Below, one piece after another: positions 1 to 11,210 of a stretch of 64,000 nucleotides of DNA. A program made the translations under genes and the position numbers. This DNA is from Pelagomonas calceolata (Eukaryota), in NCBI GenBank assembly GCA_918797485.1, contig CAKKNE010000006.1:3410001-3474000 (forward strand), written 5' to 3'. Positions within the stretch are counted from its first letter, which is position 1. Every line of letters starts with the position of its first letter. The notes under the pieces were generated by a model. That model saw only the letters and a program-made list of their open reading frames with translations. It did not search any database and was not told the DNA's origin.

Positions 1-226
1 CGACGTGGCCGAGTCCGTAGCTATTTTTGAGGATATTGAGATTATTACCCGGCGAATCTTCGGCAACGTTCATCCAGACACGCTGCAGGCGCAGAAGGAC
101 ATGGACTCTGCGCGAATGGTTTGGCGCGCGAGATTCAGCAAACCTTTCCCGTCGAAGCTCCCCCGTCTCAAGACTGACGACGCCAAACACGAGGAGCTCA
201 TGCGCAAATTTGAGTTAGCTAAGTAA
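1..226 (+). CDS. 3' end of a gene with a TPR/kinesin-light-chain-like repeat (partial)
   Basis: Open frame from the window edge; 'RRIFGNVHPDT' resembles the 'xxLGxxHPxT' repeat; stop at 224-226. Confidence 0.45.
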   Translation, partial: DVAESVAIFEDIEIITRRIFGNVHPDTLQAQKDMDSARMVWRARFSKPFPSKLPRLKTDDAKHEELMRKFELAK

Positions 227-253
227 GTAAGAGTCAAATACTAGCAAGTCATA

Positions 254-1225
254 TTAACTGGCGCGCTTTCGCGCGCTCGGTGGAGGCTTCGGCGGCGTCC
301 GCGGCGCCTCCGACGCCGCCGCGACGACCGCGCGGTCCACAGAAGCGTCGCGCGCGTGCCGCTCAAGGACGTCGTACAAGGATCGGGGCACGCGCGGCGC
401 GATAGCACAAGCGCGCGCCACGATGCGCCGCGCATCTAAAGGCGCCAAGCGCCGCGGCTGGAGCCGCGCAACAGTTTGATCGCCAGATTCAAACCGCTCA
501 AGGATCAAGGCAACCACGCACAGGACCGGAAAGTGCCCGCCGAGCGCGAACGTGGCATCCCACAGCACCGCGACCTCGTCTAGTGGAGGCACGACCGTAA
601 ACAGCGACGCGAGCAGGGGATACGCTACCAAATCTTCCACGGGGGTCCGCGCGTCGTCGTCCAGTAGTAAACTGTCTCCTAGTAATGTCCCATGTATTTC
701 CGGAGAGATGCACCGCAAGATATGATCAACCAGCGCCGCGCCGACGACGCAGCCGTCCAGCGTCGGCGTGAAGTAGCGCGGGCACAGCTCCGCCAGCTTC
801 TCGAAGCACGCGAAGGCTTCCAGTTCGGACGGTAGCGCGTACAAGAAACAGGCCGCCACTGCTGAACGGTTCGCGCCGTTCGAGACCTCGTTGTTGCGAC
901 TGCGCGCTAAAGCTGTCACGCAGCGCACGATCTGGGCGTCTCTGACCTTCTGCCGTACGCTATCGTCGGCCCGGAACGTCCTCCTCGCATCATCTCGGAT
1001 CTTTTGGGCGTCGTCGCTGAGGCCGTCGCAGAGATTCGAGTAGCGCCGCGCTTCTATTCGGCCGCAGCCGAGCAAGAGCGTCCAGGCCAAGGGCCGCGTA
1101 TTGGCGTCGAGTCCTTCGGTGACGGCAACTCGGCGGAGGCGTGCGACGCGCTCCGATGGTGGTAGGGTGCTCTCATACAAGAGGTGATGTGCCGTGACCT
1201 CCGCGTCTGGCGTGCACTCGGTCAT
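254..1225 (-). CDS. Rab-GAP TBC-domain protein, Bub2/Cdc16-like
   Basis: 323-aa ORF with 'RPLAWTLLLG', 'IRDDARRTF', 'CPRYFTPTLDG', 'PPLDEVAVLWD'; the usual YxQ finger appears divergent. Confidence 0.75.
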   Translation of the reverse strand: MTECTPDAEVTAHHLLYESTLPPSERVARLRRVAVTEGLDANTRPLAWTLLLGCGRIEARRYSNLCDGLSDDAQKIRDDARRTFRADDSVRQKVRDAQIVRCVTALARSRNNEVSNGANRSAVAACFLYALPSELEAFACFEKLAELCPRYFTPTLDGCVVGAALVDHILRCISPEIHGTLLGDSLLLDDDARTPVEDLVAYPLLASLFTVVPPLDEVAVLWDATFALGGHFPVLCVVALILERFESGDQTVARLQPRRLAPLDARRIVARACAIAPRVPRSLYDVLERHARDASVDRAVVAAASEAPRTPPKPPPSARKRAS

Positions 1226-1634
1226 CTCAGCTCATGCGTATCACTGCCGCGCAGCAATGCATCGAACCCGACCAGTTTTAACGACCGATTCGTGCAGCAC
1301 GACGGCCGTGAGCCAGCGAGATTGCTGCTCGATGACAAGGCTAGTGCGGCATACGCTAGGTCTAATTGCACCGCACACGCGACACCGACGCCTCGTAACA
1401 CGATCGCGACGGCTGGAAGTCGAGAAACTGGGCCTGGCCGATTAGGAGAGCATGAATGATGCATGCTGAGCATCGAGCTGGCTCTGGCGTCTCAGGCCAT
1501 TCAGACAGCAATTCGACGCGTGCAGTAGCCGCACGGCTCTGGTTTTAAGGTGTCGTCTTAATTTCAGATCGATACGTGCGCTAGATCACACAACACATTT
1601 GCCCACACCAGCTCATTTGCAACAAACAAAAGCC

Positions 1635-2126
1635 ATGCGACGACACGCCGCACTGCTGTGCGCCGCCGTCGCGACGCACGCCTTCGCGCCGCCGACGCAC
1701 AACCACTTCCTACAAAAACAACAGCAACCAACGCGCGTCGCGCCGCTCGCGCTCGGGGGCAAGGAAGGCGAGGGCCTCGGCGACGTTTTGAGGAAGTACG
1801 GCGTCGTTGCTTTAGTGTTCCACTTTAGCGTCTGGCTGACGACGCTGAGCGCGAGCGTCGCGGCGCTGAGTGTCTACGACACAAGTACGCTCCTCGAAGC
1901 GCTGCCGGAGCCGCTGAGGGGCCAGATCCCAATATCGAGCGGCGCGGCGACGCTGCCCGTCGCCTTGGCGCTGTGCGAGGTCGTCGGGCCGGCACGGTTG
2001 GCGCTGACCGTGGCCGCGACGCCGGCCGTCGCCAGCACTCTGCGAAGCAACGCGCGCTTCGTCGAGCTCGAGGACTCCGTAAACGAGCGGCTCCTGGAGC
2101 TGCTGCCCGGTGGTGGGTCCGATTAA
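1635..2126 (+). CDS. DUF1279/FAM210-like membrane protein, probably plastid-targeted
   Basis: Signal peptide then 'THAFAPP' (ASAFAP-like); 'LRKYGVVALVFH...PARLALTVAATP'. Confidence 0.7.
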   Translation: MRRHAALLCAAVATHAFAPPTHNHFLQKQQQPTRVAPLALGGKEGEGLGDVLRKYGVVALVFHFSVWLTTLSASVAALSVYDTSTLLEALPEPLRGQIPISSGAATLPVALALCEVVGPARLALTVAATPAVASTLRSNARFVELEDSVNERLLELLPGGGSD

Positions 2127-2170
2127 TTTTCTGTGATGTCTTCGAGTTACTTGCGATAAGGGATAGGGGA

Positions 2171-3140
2171 TCAGCACGTGCGGCACGTCTTCGGGCAGGC
2201 CTCGAGTGCTGTTCTCACTCCGTCCGTGTTCTTGGCCTTGCAGCGTTTGAGTTTGTGGGCGACGTAGGCGCAGGTGTTCGAGGCCTTCGTACCGTAGGAC
2301 CACGTCGGGTCGTCGGCGCACGATGCGGACGGCGCGTACGTCGGCGTGGGATGGTACGGCGTAGGCGTGGGGTGCGGCGTTGGCGATGGGGCCCGCGGCG
2401 CCGGTCCTGGGGTCGGTCCGGGCGTCGCCTCGGGGGCGGGTCGATGCGTGGGCTCGCGCGTCGGCGTAGGGGGCGCGCTACAGGTGCCGCACGTCAAGGG
2501 GCAGGCCTCGAGCGCGGTGCGGACGCCGTCCGTGTTCTTCGCCTTGCACCGTTTTAATTTTTGAGCGACGTACGCGCAGTCGTTCGGCGAGCACGAGCCG
2601 TAGCACCAGGTGGCGTCGTCGACGCACGACGTCGATGTACAGTCGACGCCCGGCCGGCGGGCGTCCTCGTCAATGGCCTGCGGTGCGCGCGCGGCCTCCG
2701 CCAGGCGGCGTCTCGATGGTAGCGTGGTCGCGACGAGGACCTCGGCGCAGGCGCAGGCGCAGGCGTCGGCCGCGGCCCAGCCGTCGTCGGATGCCGCGCG
2801 GCCTGTGGGGACACGAACCGGTGAGAGAGCAGACGCGGTCACGGAGATGATGATGAGCGCGCCGCCGGCGCGGGGCGCCGGAAGAATGATGAACACACCG
2901 CGCGCGGCAGAGCGCCGCCGCGTCGCGGGCCACTTCATTACAATCCGCGCCCTCGCTGGACGCCCAGGCGGCCTCGTCGCGACAGTCAGGTTCACTTCCG
3001 TCGGGCGGCCACGGAAAGACGGGCGCCACGACGCGCGCCGGCGGTCGGGGGCCTGCTGCCCCCCTGAGATTGTGGTGGCCTTCGCCGGCGCCTGCGCGCG
3101 CCGCGGGCGCGAGCAGGGCGAGCGCGAGCCGGACGCGCAT
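2171..3140 (-). CDS. Secreted Cys-rich repeat protein with a Pro/Thr linker (intron 2803-2908)
   Basis: Signal peptide MRVRLALALLA; two near-identical 'CxDDxTWxYG...CAYVA.KLKRCKAKNTDGVRTALEACPxTCxTC' modules; the intron joins ORFs 2670..3209 and 2171..3202 in phase 1. Confidence 0.7.
2795..2908 (-). mobile_element. Introner-like element (2803-2900) with perfect 8-bp TSD GCCGCGCG
   Basis: TSD copies at 2795-2802 and 2901-2908; ends CGGTGTG...CCCCACAG; GC donor at the start of the upstream TSD copy. Confidence 0.75.
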
Positions 3141-3860
3141 CTCCTGATGGGGGCGGGGTGGCGGGCAGGCTCGTTCGGCGGCGTTTGTAGCGCGCCCCTC
3201 AACTGCCAAGAAACTCAGTGTGGGCGGTTAACCGATGATTGCGGCGTTCACCGGCTCGGTTTTTTTATGGTTTGGGCGTCGCAGCCGTCGGGGCGTGCCT
3301 CGGCCTTCGTGGGACGGGTCGCCAGGGCTCCCGAGAGCTGTGGGCGGCGTCGCGGCGGCCGCGACTTTCGGTGGTGAGTGCGACTTTCGGCGTTTTTGTT
3401 TTTCGCGTGGCTGGGAGGGCTGTCTAGGCGTCTAGAGCCTACTGGCGGGGACGGGGAGTCCTGCGATTCGCGCGGTTCTGCACGCCGCGCAATGGCAGCC
3501 CGATTTGGGGCAATTGCTGCTTTGGCGTTGCTAGGACTCCCTCCCAGGTCTCCTACGCCTAGTGGCGGGCAAGGGGACCCGTGTTTGGGGCAGCCCCAAA
3601 TCGAGCAGCCGTTTTTGTGCAGACAAGCCGCCGCGGCCTTTGTGGCAGCGCAGCGCTCACCGAAGCTGTCCCCAGCCGCTCCGATCGCTTCGCACGTGCA
3701 CCCGTGCAGCGCATCGATCCGATCGGCCCTCGGCGCCGGCACCCGGTGAGCCGGCAGGGCTCCGCAGCAGCAGCTGCCAACTCGGCCAAGCGCCGCGCCG
3801 CCGCTAGCGCACCGCTAGCAGCGCGCAAACGACACAATTGCGCTCGCCGCCCACAACGCC

Positions 3861-5564
3861 ATGCCCGGGTCGGGACCGCGCGTCGACCCGAGCGCCTACG
3901 CCGCGACGCGGCAAGCGAACATCGCGCGCGCCGCGGAGCTGCGCGCCCAGCGTAGAGCTGAGAGCAACGGCGGCGATTCGTTGGATGCGCTGACCCAGGA
4001 CGCGCGGCCGGCGCGCAAACCGAGGAAGGAGGTTGCGCCCGGCTGGACGCAGCACACGTGCAAGAAGACCGGGAAAAGTTATTATCACCACGCGGCCACC
4101 GCAAAAACGACGTGGACGCGGCCGCCGGGGTGCTACGACGAGCGCGAGAACGTCCATCCTTCCCAGAATGACGTGCCTCTGCAGGAGGCGAACGGTAGAT
4201 CTAGAAGAAGGGACGACGACGTCAGGGCGAGTTCGTCGCAGATGAGCGAGAGCGAGTTCGAGAGCTGGCTGGAGGTTCTTAAAAGACGTACTCTCACTGG
4301 TTCGCAAGCTAGACGGGCGTCGTCGGCGTTGGCGCGCTACGGCGCCGCGGCGCTGGACGAGCCCCAGCTCGGACGGAGCGACTCGCTCCAGTCTCTGAAA
4401 AATTCATTGCGATCGAAGCGGGGCCAGACCTCGGAGACGCTGCGGACCAAGTCCGCCGCTGATATTGTTGATGATGAGCCTCAGGAGGAGCCCGTCCGTC
4501 GCGCGAAGACGGAGCAGAACAGGAGACCTCGAGGGAGGCCGGAGTGGAATTCCGACTTTGCGACGGACACTACCGCTGATGATGATCGTAGACGCGAGGA
4601 GGAGGAGGCCGAGCAGCAACGGGCGCTGGCGCAGCGCCGGCGAGCTGCCCCTAAACCTGTGGACGACCTGCCGGCGGGCTGGACGAAGCACGTCGACAAG
4701 CGCACGGGCGCGACCTTCTACCGGGACGAAGCCGCCGGCGAGTCGACGTGGACGAAGCCGACGCAGCCGGCGCGCGGCGCGGCGCCCCCTCCTCAGGAGG
4801 AGGCCTACGACGAGCCTCCTGCACAGAAAGGCTACGACGCCTCGGGCGCCGGCGCGCGCCACCGGACCATGTGGAAGCCCACCAACGACGAGGAGGAGGA
4901 CCAGGGCCGGTGGAGCCCGCCCGCCCGGGCGCAGCGCCAGGCGTCGCCCCAGAAGCGGTCGCCGGTCAAGCGCCAGGCGTCGCCGGGGCCCGCGGCTCGC
5001 ATGAGCCCCGGACCGGATAATGGCGGTGTGCCCGACGGCGCCGCGAACGCGCGGTTAGATGATGCTTGTACGACGTGCGGGCGGAAGATGGCCGGCACCG
5101 CTCTAGATCGCATGGAAAAAATTCACGGCCAGCGCTGCTGCCCGAAGTGCGCGCCGAAGAAAGCTCGCAAAACCTTCAACATGGCGGCCAAGCGCGCTGA
5201 CGGCTTCGACGGCGACGAGCGAAGGAAGGTCCTCGACGGGGCCAAGCAGGTCAAGCGCGAGCTGAAGCAGAAGAAGAACTCCTTCGGCGGCTCTGGCGTC
5301 AAGGAGGGCAAGTGGAAGGCCCAGTCGAATCAGTTAAGAGAGGCCATGGCGAACATGCGCGCGATCACCAAGGCGGAGAAGGAGGGAAAACCCTTGCCGC
5401 CGGCGATGCCGAGCGGGCCGGACATGTCTCTCATAGGCTGCCCGCACTGCGGCCGGCGCTTCAATCAAAAAGCGGCTGAAAGACACATCCCGAAGTGCCA
5501 GTCGATCAAAGCCAAGCCCAAGACTCTTACCAGAGGCTCCGGGCGCGGCCTCGGCCGGCGATAG
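3861..5564 (+). CDS. Protein with two WW domains and a C-terminal C2HC zinc finger (ZC2HC1/FAM164-like)
   Basis: 'PGWTQH...YYHH...TTWTRP', 'LPAGWTKH...FY...STWTKP', 'CPHCGRRFNQKAAERHIPKC'. Confidence 0.85.
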   Translation: MPGSGPRVDPSAYAATRQANIARAAELRAQRRAESNGGDSLDALTQDARPARKPRKEVAPGWTQHTCKKTGKSYYHHAATAKTTWTRPPGCYDERENVHPSQNDVPLQEANGRSRRRDDDVRASSSQMSESEFESWLEVLKRRTLTGSQARRASSALARYGAAALDEPQLGRSDSLQSLKNSLRSKRGQTSETLRTKSAADIVDDEPQEEPVRRAKTEQNRRPRGRPEWNSDFATDTTADDDRRREEEEAEQQRALAQRRRAAPKPVDDLPAGWTKHVDKRTGATFYRDEAAGESTWTKPTQPARGAAPPPQEEAYDEPPAQKGYDASGAGARHRTMWKPTNDEEEDQGRWSPPARAQRQASPQKRSPVKRQASPGPAARMSPGPDNGGVPDGAANARLDDACTTCGRKMAGTALDRMEKIHGQRCCPKCAPKKARKTFNMAAKRADGFDGDERRKVLDGAKQVKRELKQKKNSFGGSGVKEGKWKAQSNQLREAMANMRAITKAEKEGKPLPPAMPSGPDMSLIGCPHCGRRFNQKAAERHIPKCQSIKAKPKTLTRGSGRGLGRR

Positions 5565-5635
5565 GCTGCAGCTCGTCCCTCCCCGCGACGCGCGCCCCTC
5601 GCCTCCGATTTTAAATTAGATTTCGATCACATTAA

Positions 5636-6298
5636 TTACGTAGACAGAGCGACGGCTCGGAGCATAGACGCCGCGCCCGCGGACAAGTTCTTCGGCCGGT
5701 AGACCTTGGGCGCTTGCAGCGCCTCGGCGCCGTAGATCGTCGCCGCGATGACGCATGCGGCGAGGTATGTCCCTGCAAGAGACGGGTGCTCGCGATCGTC
5801 GTCGAAGAGGTCGAGGCCTCCTGGTCCCGCCGTCCGCGCCGCGCCGACGTTCGCAACGCGCGCGTTGTTCTCCTCAGCGGCGCGCGCGTGTTCGGCGCAG
5901 ATCGCATCGTCGTCGAACGCCGGCAGGCGGTCGTAGGCCCAGGCCGCGTAGAAGACCGGCTCCGCGCCGTGGTTGCGGACGTGGTCGCACCACAGCTTCG
6001 CGTGCCGCCGGAAGCTCTCGCGAGACGTTTCCGGAAGGTCCTCCTGCAAGACGACCACGTCGGTTGCTGCGCACGCGAGCTTCGCCTCGTCATTATTCCA
6101 CAGCGTCTCGAGCGTCGCGCCGCCGACAGCGACGCGTTTTGTCTCGATGCCGGGCACGAGCTTTTTGACCATGACGTCGACGCCTTGGTTCCAGAACGTG
6201 AGTGAATTGCCGATGAAAAGGACGCGCTTTGCGAGACTTGCGATTCGCATCTCTCTGGCTCGCGCGTCGACGTAGTCGTCGCTGAGCAGTCCGCTCAT
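5636..6298 (-). CDS. SGNH/GDSL hydrolase-like protein
   Basis: 'VLFIGNSLT' block I and 'DREHPSLAGTYLAA' DxxH block V. Confidence 0.8.
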   Translation of the reverse strand: MSGLLSDDYVDARAREMRIASLAKRVLFIGNSLTFWNQGVDVMVKKLVPGIETKRVAVGGATLETLWNNDEAKLACAATDVVVLQEDLPETSRESFRRHAKLWCDHVRNHGAEPVFYAAWAYDRLPAFDDDAICAEHARAAEENNARVANVGAARTAGPGGLDLFDDDREHPSLAGTYLAACVIAATIYGAEALQAPKVYRPKNLSAGAASMLRAVALST

Positions 6299-6552
6299 GT
6301 CAGTGCGGCTTCGCGTCTACAGGTTATGGCAGCGCTGCTACACCTTAGGAAGGGAGAGCACTGGTGGTGCAGCTCAACAGCCGGCTCGAGCGCTCTGGAA
6401 AGTTGCAAGCCCCGATTGTGCAGTAGTAGCAGGACTCTCGCAACGACTCGTACCCAGCGCTGCTGCCTTCTGTGCGGATTTTTGGGCGCTTTGGCTTGGC
6501 AAAAGCTGGGCTAGCGGCATGTAAGACACTAGCAAGCTCCGTAACCGCAGCT

Positions 6553-7746
6553 ATGCCTCGGAACAGTCTTGCGCGGCGAGAGAGAGATGCAAGGCGCACC
6601 GCCCACTGGTCCTGGGCGGCCCATGGCCCCGCGCGACGTTGCTTTTGGCACAGTGTCCTGTTCGTGGGCCGCTCGTCCCACCGCGCCACGCAACGGCCAC
6701 GCTCGCGTGCGCTCTCATACCACAACCGTCGTCGCGGGGCAGCCCGCGGCGGCGTCGCCACGATCGCCGCCGACGACCGGCGGTGGGAGCCCCTCGTCGC
6801 AGCGGGCATCACCTACGCCGCCATGGCCGCCCTGTTCGGCGACGCGACGGACTGGAGCGCCTGCACGGCGCTACTCGCAGCCGGCGGCGTCGGCGCCCTC
6901 GTGAGCTGCGCCTGCGCCATGGGCGACGACGAGCCGACGGCCGAGGACGCGGCCGCGGCCTGGGGCGCGCAACAGGACCCGCGGCCGGCGGCGACCGTGA
7001 CCTGGGACGGCGACAAGCACCCGCCGGCGCCGACGCACCGGGCCGGCGTCCCCCCGGCCTGGGGCGATGCTGATGAGGTGCCCGCGGCGACGCCCGACGC
7101 CGAGCCCGCCAAAAGTAGCTTCTGGGCCGCATCGACGCCCGACGCCGCCGCGACGGCGAAGGCCGCGCCCGCCACGAAGACGAGCTTCTGGGCCGCGAGC
7201 GCATCAGAACCGGAGGAGCCCCTCGCCGAGCCCGTGACCTTCGAGCAGGCGACGGGCGCGGCCCGCCTCGAGGCCGCGCGGCGCTGCCGCGCGGCCGAGG
7301 TGACCGAGTCCGAGCGCCAGTTCATGCGCGAGTTCACGGCGATGATGGCCGCAGGACTCGTCGTTGTTTTAAGAGTGGACGGCTCGGACGGCGTCGCCGT
7401 GACGCTGTCACTACAAGAATTCCGCAACGAGCCCATCCTCGAGTGGCACTTCACGGAGAATGGGGAACGGGGCCGCCTGTCGCTGAGCGACATCCAGACG
7501 GTGCGGGGTCAACAACTGAACGACGAGCTCGCGCGGCGCTCCTTCGTCATCGAGGGGAGAGATAGGGTCCTCGTTTTCCACAGCGAGACGCCGGACATCT
7601 GCGCGCTCGTGATTGACGGTCTGGCGATGTTGGTGGCCGACCATAAGAGACGGGCGGCGCGGCGGCGGTCGTCGCTCGGGCCGGCGCGCAAGGCCATCGC
7701 CGCCCGGCGGAGTTCCCCGAAGAAGCCCCTCGCGGCGAACAACTAG
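6553..7746 (+). CDS. Hypothetical membrane protein with a C-terminal PH-like region (start uncertain)
   Basis: Long ORF with two hydrophobic segments; C-terminal 'LSLSDIQTVRG...SFVIEGRDRVLVF...IDGLAML' is PH-like. Confidence 0.5.
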   Translation: MPRNSLARRERDARRTAHWSWAAHGPARRCFWHSVLFVGRSSHRATQRPRSRALSYHNRRRGAARGGVATIAADDRRWEPLVAAGITYAAMAALFGDATDWSACTALLAAGGVGALVSCACAMGDDEPTAEDAAAAWGAQQDPRPAATVTWDGDKHPPAPTHRAGVPPAWGDADEVPAATPDAEPAKSSFWAASTPDAAATAKAAPATKTSFWAASASEPEEPLAEPVTFEQATGAARLEAARRCRAAEVTESERQFMREFTAMMAAGLVVVLRVDGSDGVAVTLSLQEFRNEPILEWHFTENGERGRLSLSDIQTVRGQQLNDELARRSFVIEGRDRVLVFHSETPDICALVIDGLAMLVADHKRRAARRRSSLGPARKAIAARRSSPKKPLAANN

Positions 7747-7778
7747 ACACCTGACAAGTAAAGAGTGTATATGCATGC

Positions 7779-10644
7779 TTAGAGACCCCCCTTGAACAAA
7801 TTCTTGATGTCCCGGCCCATCGCCTTCGCCCGCTGATCGGTCATGCCGCTCCTAAATTCGGCGCCGCGGCCCTTGCCCGTCGTAGCATTTCGTGCGACGT
7901 AGGCCCAGGGCGGGCTGTTCGCTGATAGCCGCCCGCGCACCGCGTCCAACCTATCAATCTTCCGCTGGTCGAACGCGTCGCCCAGTAAATGGCGCGCTAA
8001 AAAAGAATACGTCTTCTTGACGCACGTCAGCGGTCGTTTGGAGTTGTGGCCGCCCTTCACCAGCAGCAATTCGGCGTCGCGCCGCCGGCAGCCCTTCGAC
8101 GCGTACCGTCTTAGTAAAGCGCCGGCGTTCGCCCTGGGGGGCATCAAACTGTCGTCTGTTGCGGCCACCAGTAATAATGGAGCCTCCAACACTTCGACGG
8201 CTTCCAAGGCGTCGACGTCGTCCACATCTAGCTGAGCCCGCTTCAGGACCTCGGCCCGCACCGCGTCGATGGCCGCCTTGGCTGCACTTTCCGCTAATCC
8301 CGCGCGCGACGGGAAGTAGCTTGAGGAAGACCGTTCACACTTCTCCGTTCGACCCTCCTGGACGTCACGGATGAAGGCGTCGTCAATCGGTCGCTCACCT
8401 TTCTTAATGTCGGAGGGACCGTCACAACCTAAGGCTTCATGCGCCGCGTTCCGCGCGAGTCTATCAACAAGTTGTGATAGGGAAGCAAACGGCGAGTCGG
8501 CGACGACGCACGGAGCGACACCGTTCGGAGAGAATCCGGTTTTCTTGGCTCCTGCCAAAATAGCAGCGACGGCGCCCATGCTTCTTCCGTACAGCGCCAC
8601 CTGACTACAGCGCTTGTTCGCTAGTAAATGAGACGCCACGGAAGATGCATCCGACGCTTCGCGCAGACCCAACGTGACAAACTCGCCCTCCGATGAACCA
8701 GAACCCGTCGTGTCCACGGCGCACACTTTTATACCAAGCATGAGTAAAGGAGCTACGTGCGGCAGCGCTTCCATGCGGCACGACGCGTTGCCGTGCAAAT
8801 ACAAGACGCAAGGTGCTTCAGTAGAAAAGGCCCGAGACCACAAAGAGCACTTGAGCGCTTTCTTCTCATCAGACTGCACGGTAAAGTCCGACCGGACGCA
8901 TTGTACTGTAGTCTTATCTAGTAAAGGCACGTCAAACGATAACGGACCGAGTTCATCCACGGCGTAGGACGCGCGCGGCGGCCTTATAACTAATCGCACG
9001 ACGGCCCGCCACGCCGCCTTGGCCCTTCTAGGTGTTGCCGCCTCCCAAGAAACAGTACCGTCCTTCCTCACGACACGATCAAAGGCGAAGCCCTTCGAGA
9101 CGTGCGCTTCATCCGCGTCCGAGAAACGCACGGACTTTCTGCGTAGTGCGCTTCGACCACCAACTGTCCCTGGAGTTGAGGGCTCGACTCGCTTGCTCTT
9201 CGCAGGCGTAGCTGGTGGTGGCGGCGCCTTCTTCACCGCGGACAACGCGCCGAACGCCGACGCAATAGCTCTAAATGTAGAGGTAGTACCGGCAGAAGCT
9301 TCAATTGCGTCGACCTCGTCCTCGGCCGGCTCCAAGGAGTCGTCGTCGAAGGAATCCGCCGAGGCCGGTGGTTGCGACTTCAGGCGCCGATGCACTGCTA
9401 GTGTTTCGCCGATCGCCGTCCACCAGGCTTTGCACTCTGCTGAATCCGTAGTACAAAAGTGGAGGACCTCCTCGGCCTCTCCCACATTCAGGGTAAGTGT
9501 GAAGGCCCGATCCGACGAGCGCTCGACCCTACAGACCGCCGGGTGGAGCGACAGGACGCGCGCCGTCGCGTTGTGTAGAGACAAAGCCAATCTCCCAGCG
9601 CCTAGATCAGCATCAACCGCTTCGTTGTTCAATAGTAATGAACCTCTTCTTTCGGGCCAGGCCGCGAAGGCGGCCCGATCATCCTTCAGCGGCGAGCGAG
9701 CTAACGCGATCGTCGCCCGATCCCTCGTCATCCGTTGCGCGGATTTCGTGAGCCAGTCCACGACCTGCGTGGAATTCAATCAGTGTGTCGGGTGCACTCG
9801 AGCAAGCGCCGCGTCGATGGCGTACGAACGCGCCGTAAATTTTGATTTCCACGCAGTCCACGACGTCGTGCAGGTCCACGAGGCCGTCGCCGTCGGCATC
9901 ACACGCGTCGAAGGCGTCCCTTAGTACGGGGTCGTCGTCCTCGTAAACCGCTTCCGTACCTAGCGAAGCTATGACTAATGAGGGAAAGGCGTCCCTTGTC
10001 ACAGAACCATCCACACTAAAATGGCCGAAGGCCCGAGCCAACGCGTCGAGGGCCGGTCTTTTTGTCGCTTCCTTGGCCCACCGCTGCAGAACCTTTCTTC
10101 TAGCGTCGGCCTTGGACTTACAGCCCGGGCAGCGCTTTTGCGCGGTCTGGCACCTGCCACAAAGGATCGCGGCGCAGCCGCGGCCGGCGCAGGGCTCCAG
10201 TTTCTTTGTAGAATCGCCGCAGGCGACGCACCAGGCGCCGTCGCCGCTCGCGTCGAGTTTTTTGGGGTCGTCTAACAGATTTTCACACGCGCGCTGCGCG
10301 CGGGCCGTCGTCGCGACCGCCTTTGTGGTGAGCGACGCGCGGCGGCCGGCGGCGTCGACGACGACGGCCGCGGCCGTGTCCGCCGTGACCTTGACGACGC
10401 CGACCAGATCGCCTTTTGACGACGCGGCCCAGCCTTGCGCGCTTCGCTGGGCCAGTTTGCTACACAACTCCGCTGCGGCGCCGTGGGCCTCGCCGATCGT
10501 GTGCACCTCGCCGCCGCGTCGTATCACACCGCAGAGCGGCTCCCCACAGCCGCTGCCTAATCTCGCGAGCGGGCGCGCGCCATCCTTGTGCGCGTTGGCG
10601 TCGTCGTAGGCGTCGTCGAGGTCGAATTGCACGTGGGCGGCCAT
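7779..10644 (-). CDS. Multidomain alpha/beta hydrolase with Cys-rich finger, EF-hand and PH-like region (intron 9765-9864)
   Basis: Splicing restores the EF-hand 'DADGDGLVDLHD|VVDWL'; hydrolase motifs 'YLHGNAS', 'GRSMG', 'GGHN'. Confidence 0.8.
9757..9864 (-). mobile_element. Introner element (9765-9856) with TIRs and perfect 8-bp TSD GTCGTGGA
   Basis: TIR CTGCGTGGAAATCAA / TTGAATTCCACGCAG (14/15); TSD copies at 9757-9764 and 9857-9864. Confidence 0.92.
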
Positions 10645-11210
10645 CGTTTCCTTCTGTGGTTCGTTTCTGTGTTGCCGGCGGCGTGCGCCCGCAAACGCAG
10701 CCGGTTCTCGACGCCTAACAGTCTCTGCGGTTACCGCTCGTAGGGCGCTGAGCGCGCAGTTTTTTCGGCTGGCTGCAGTAAGCGGCTGATAAGCGCAGTG
10801 CCGACGCTACTGGTGTATCAATTGACCGTCGTACGCGGCGTGCGCAAAAGCAGCGGTAAAGCCTCCAAAACTAGAGGCCATAACTAGCGTAGACACAACG
10901 CGGCGCGCCCGTCTCTTTTGGATTTTCAGCATTGCTACCAGGCTTCATTTACCCGCTGTACGACGGCCTTGCGGCAGGCCAACGTGCAGGGCTTGCATGC
11001 ATGTGCACTGCCTTGTCTGCGCATACGCGCGCACAACTAGCCCTCCGTTCGTGACTGCACGTTTTCGGGAGGCGTCTGCACCAGCGAGATAGCCCGTAGC
11101 AGCTCGCGCGGCCCTCGGCTGGGCCTGAGCCAAGGTCAGTGCAGTGAGCTGGTGAGGCTTGTTATTCTCCGCCCCGGTGCGCGACGCCGCGGCGCCAAGG
11201 TTCGTAAACC

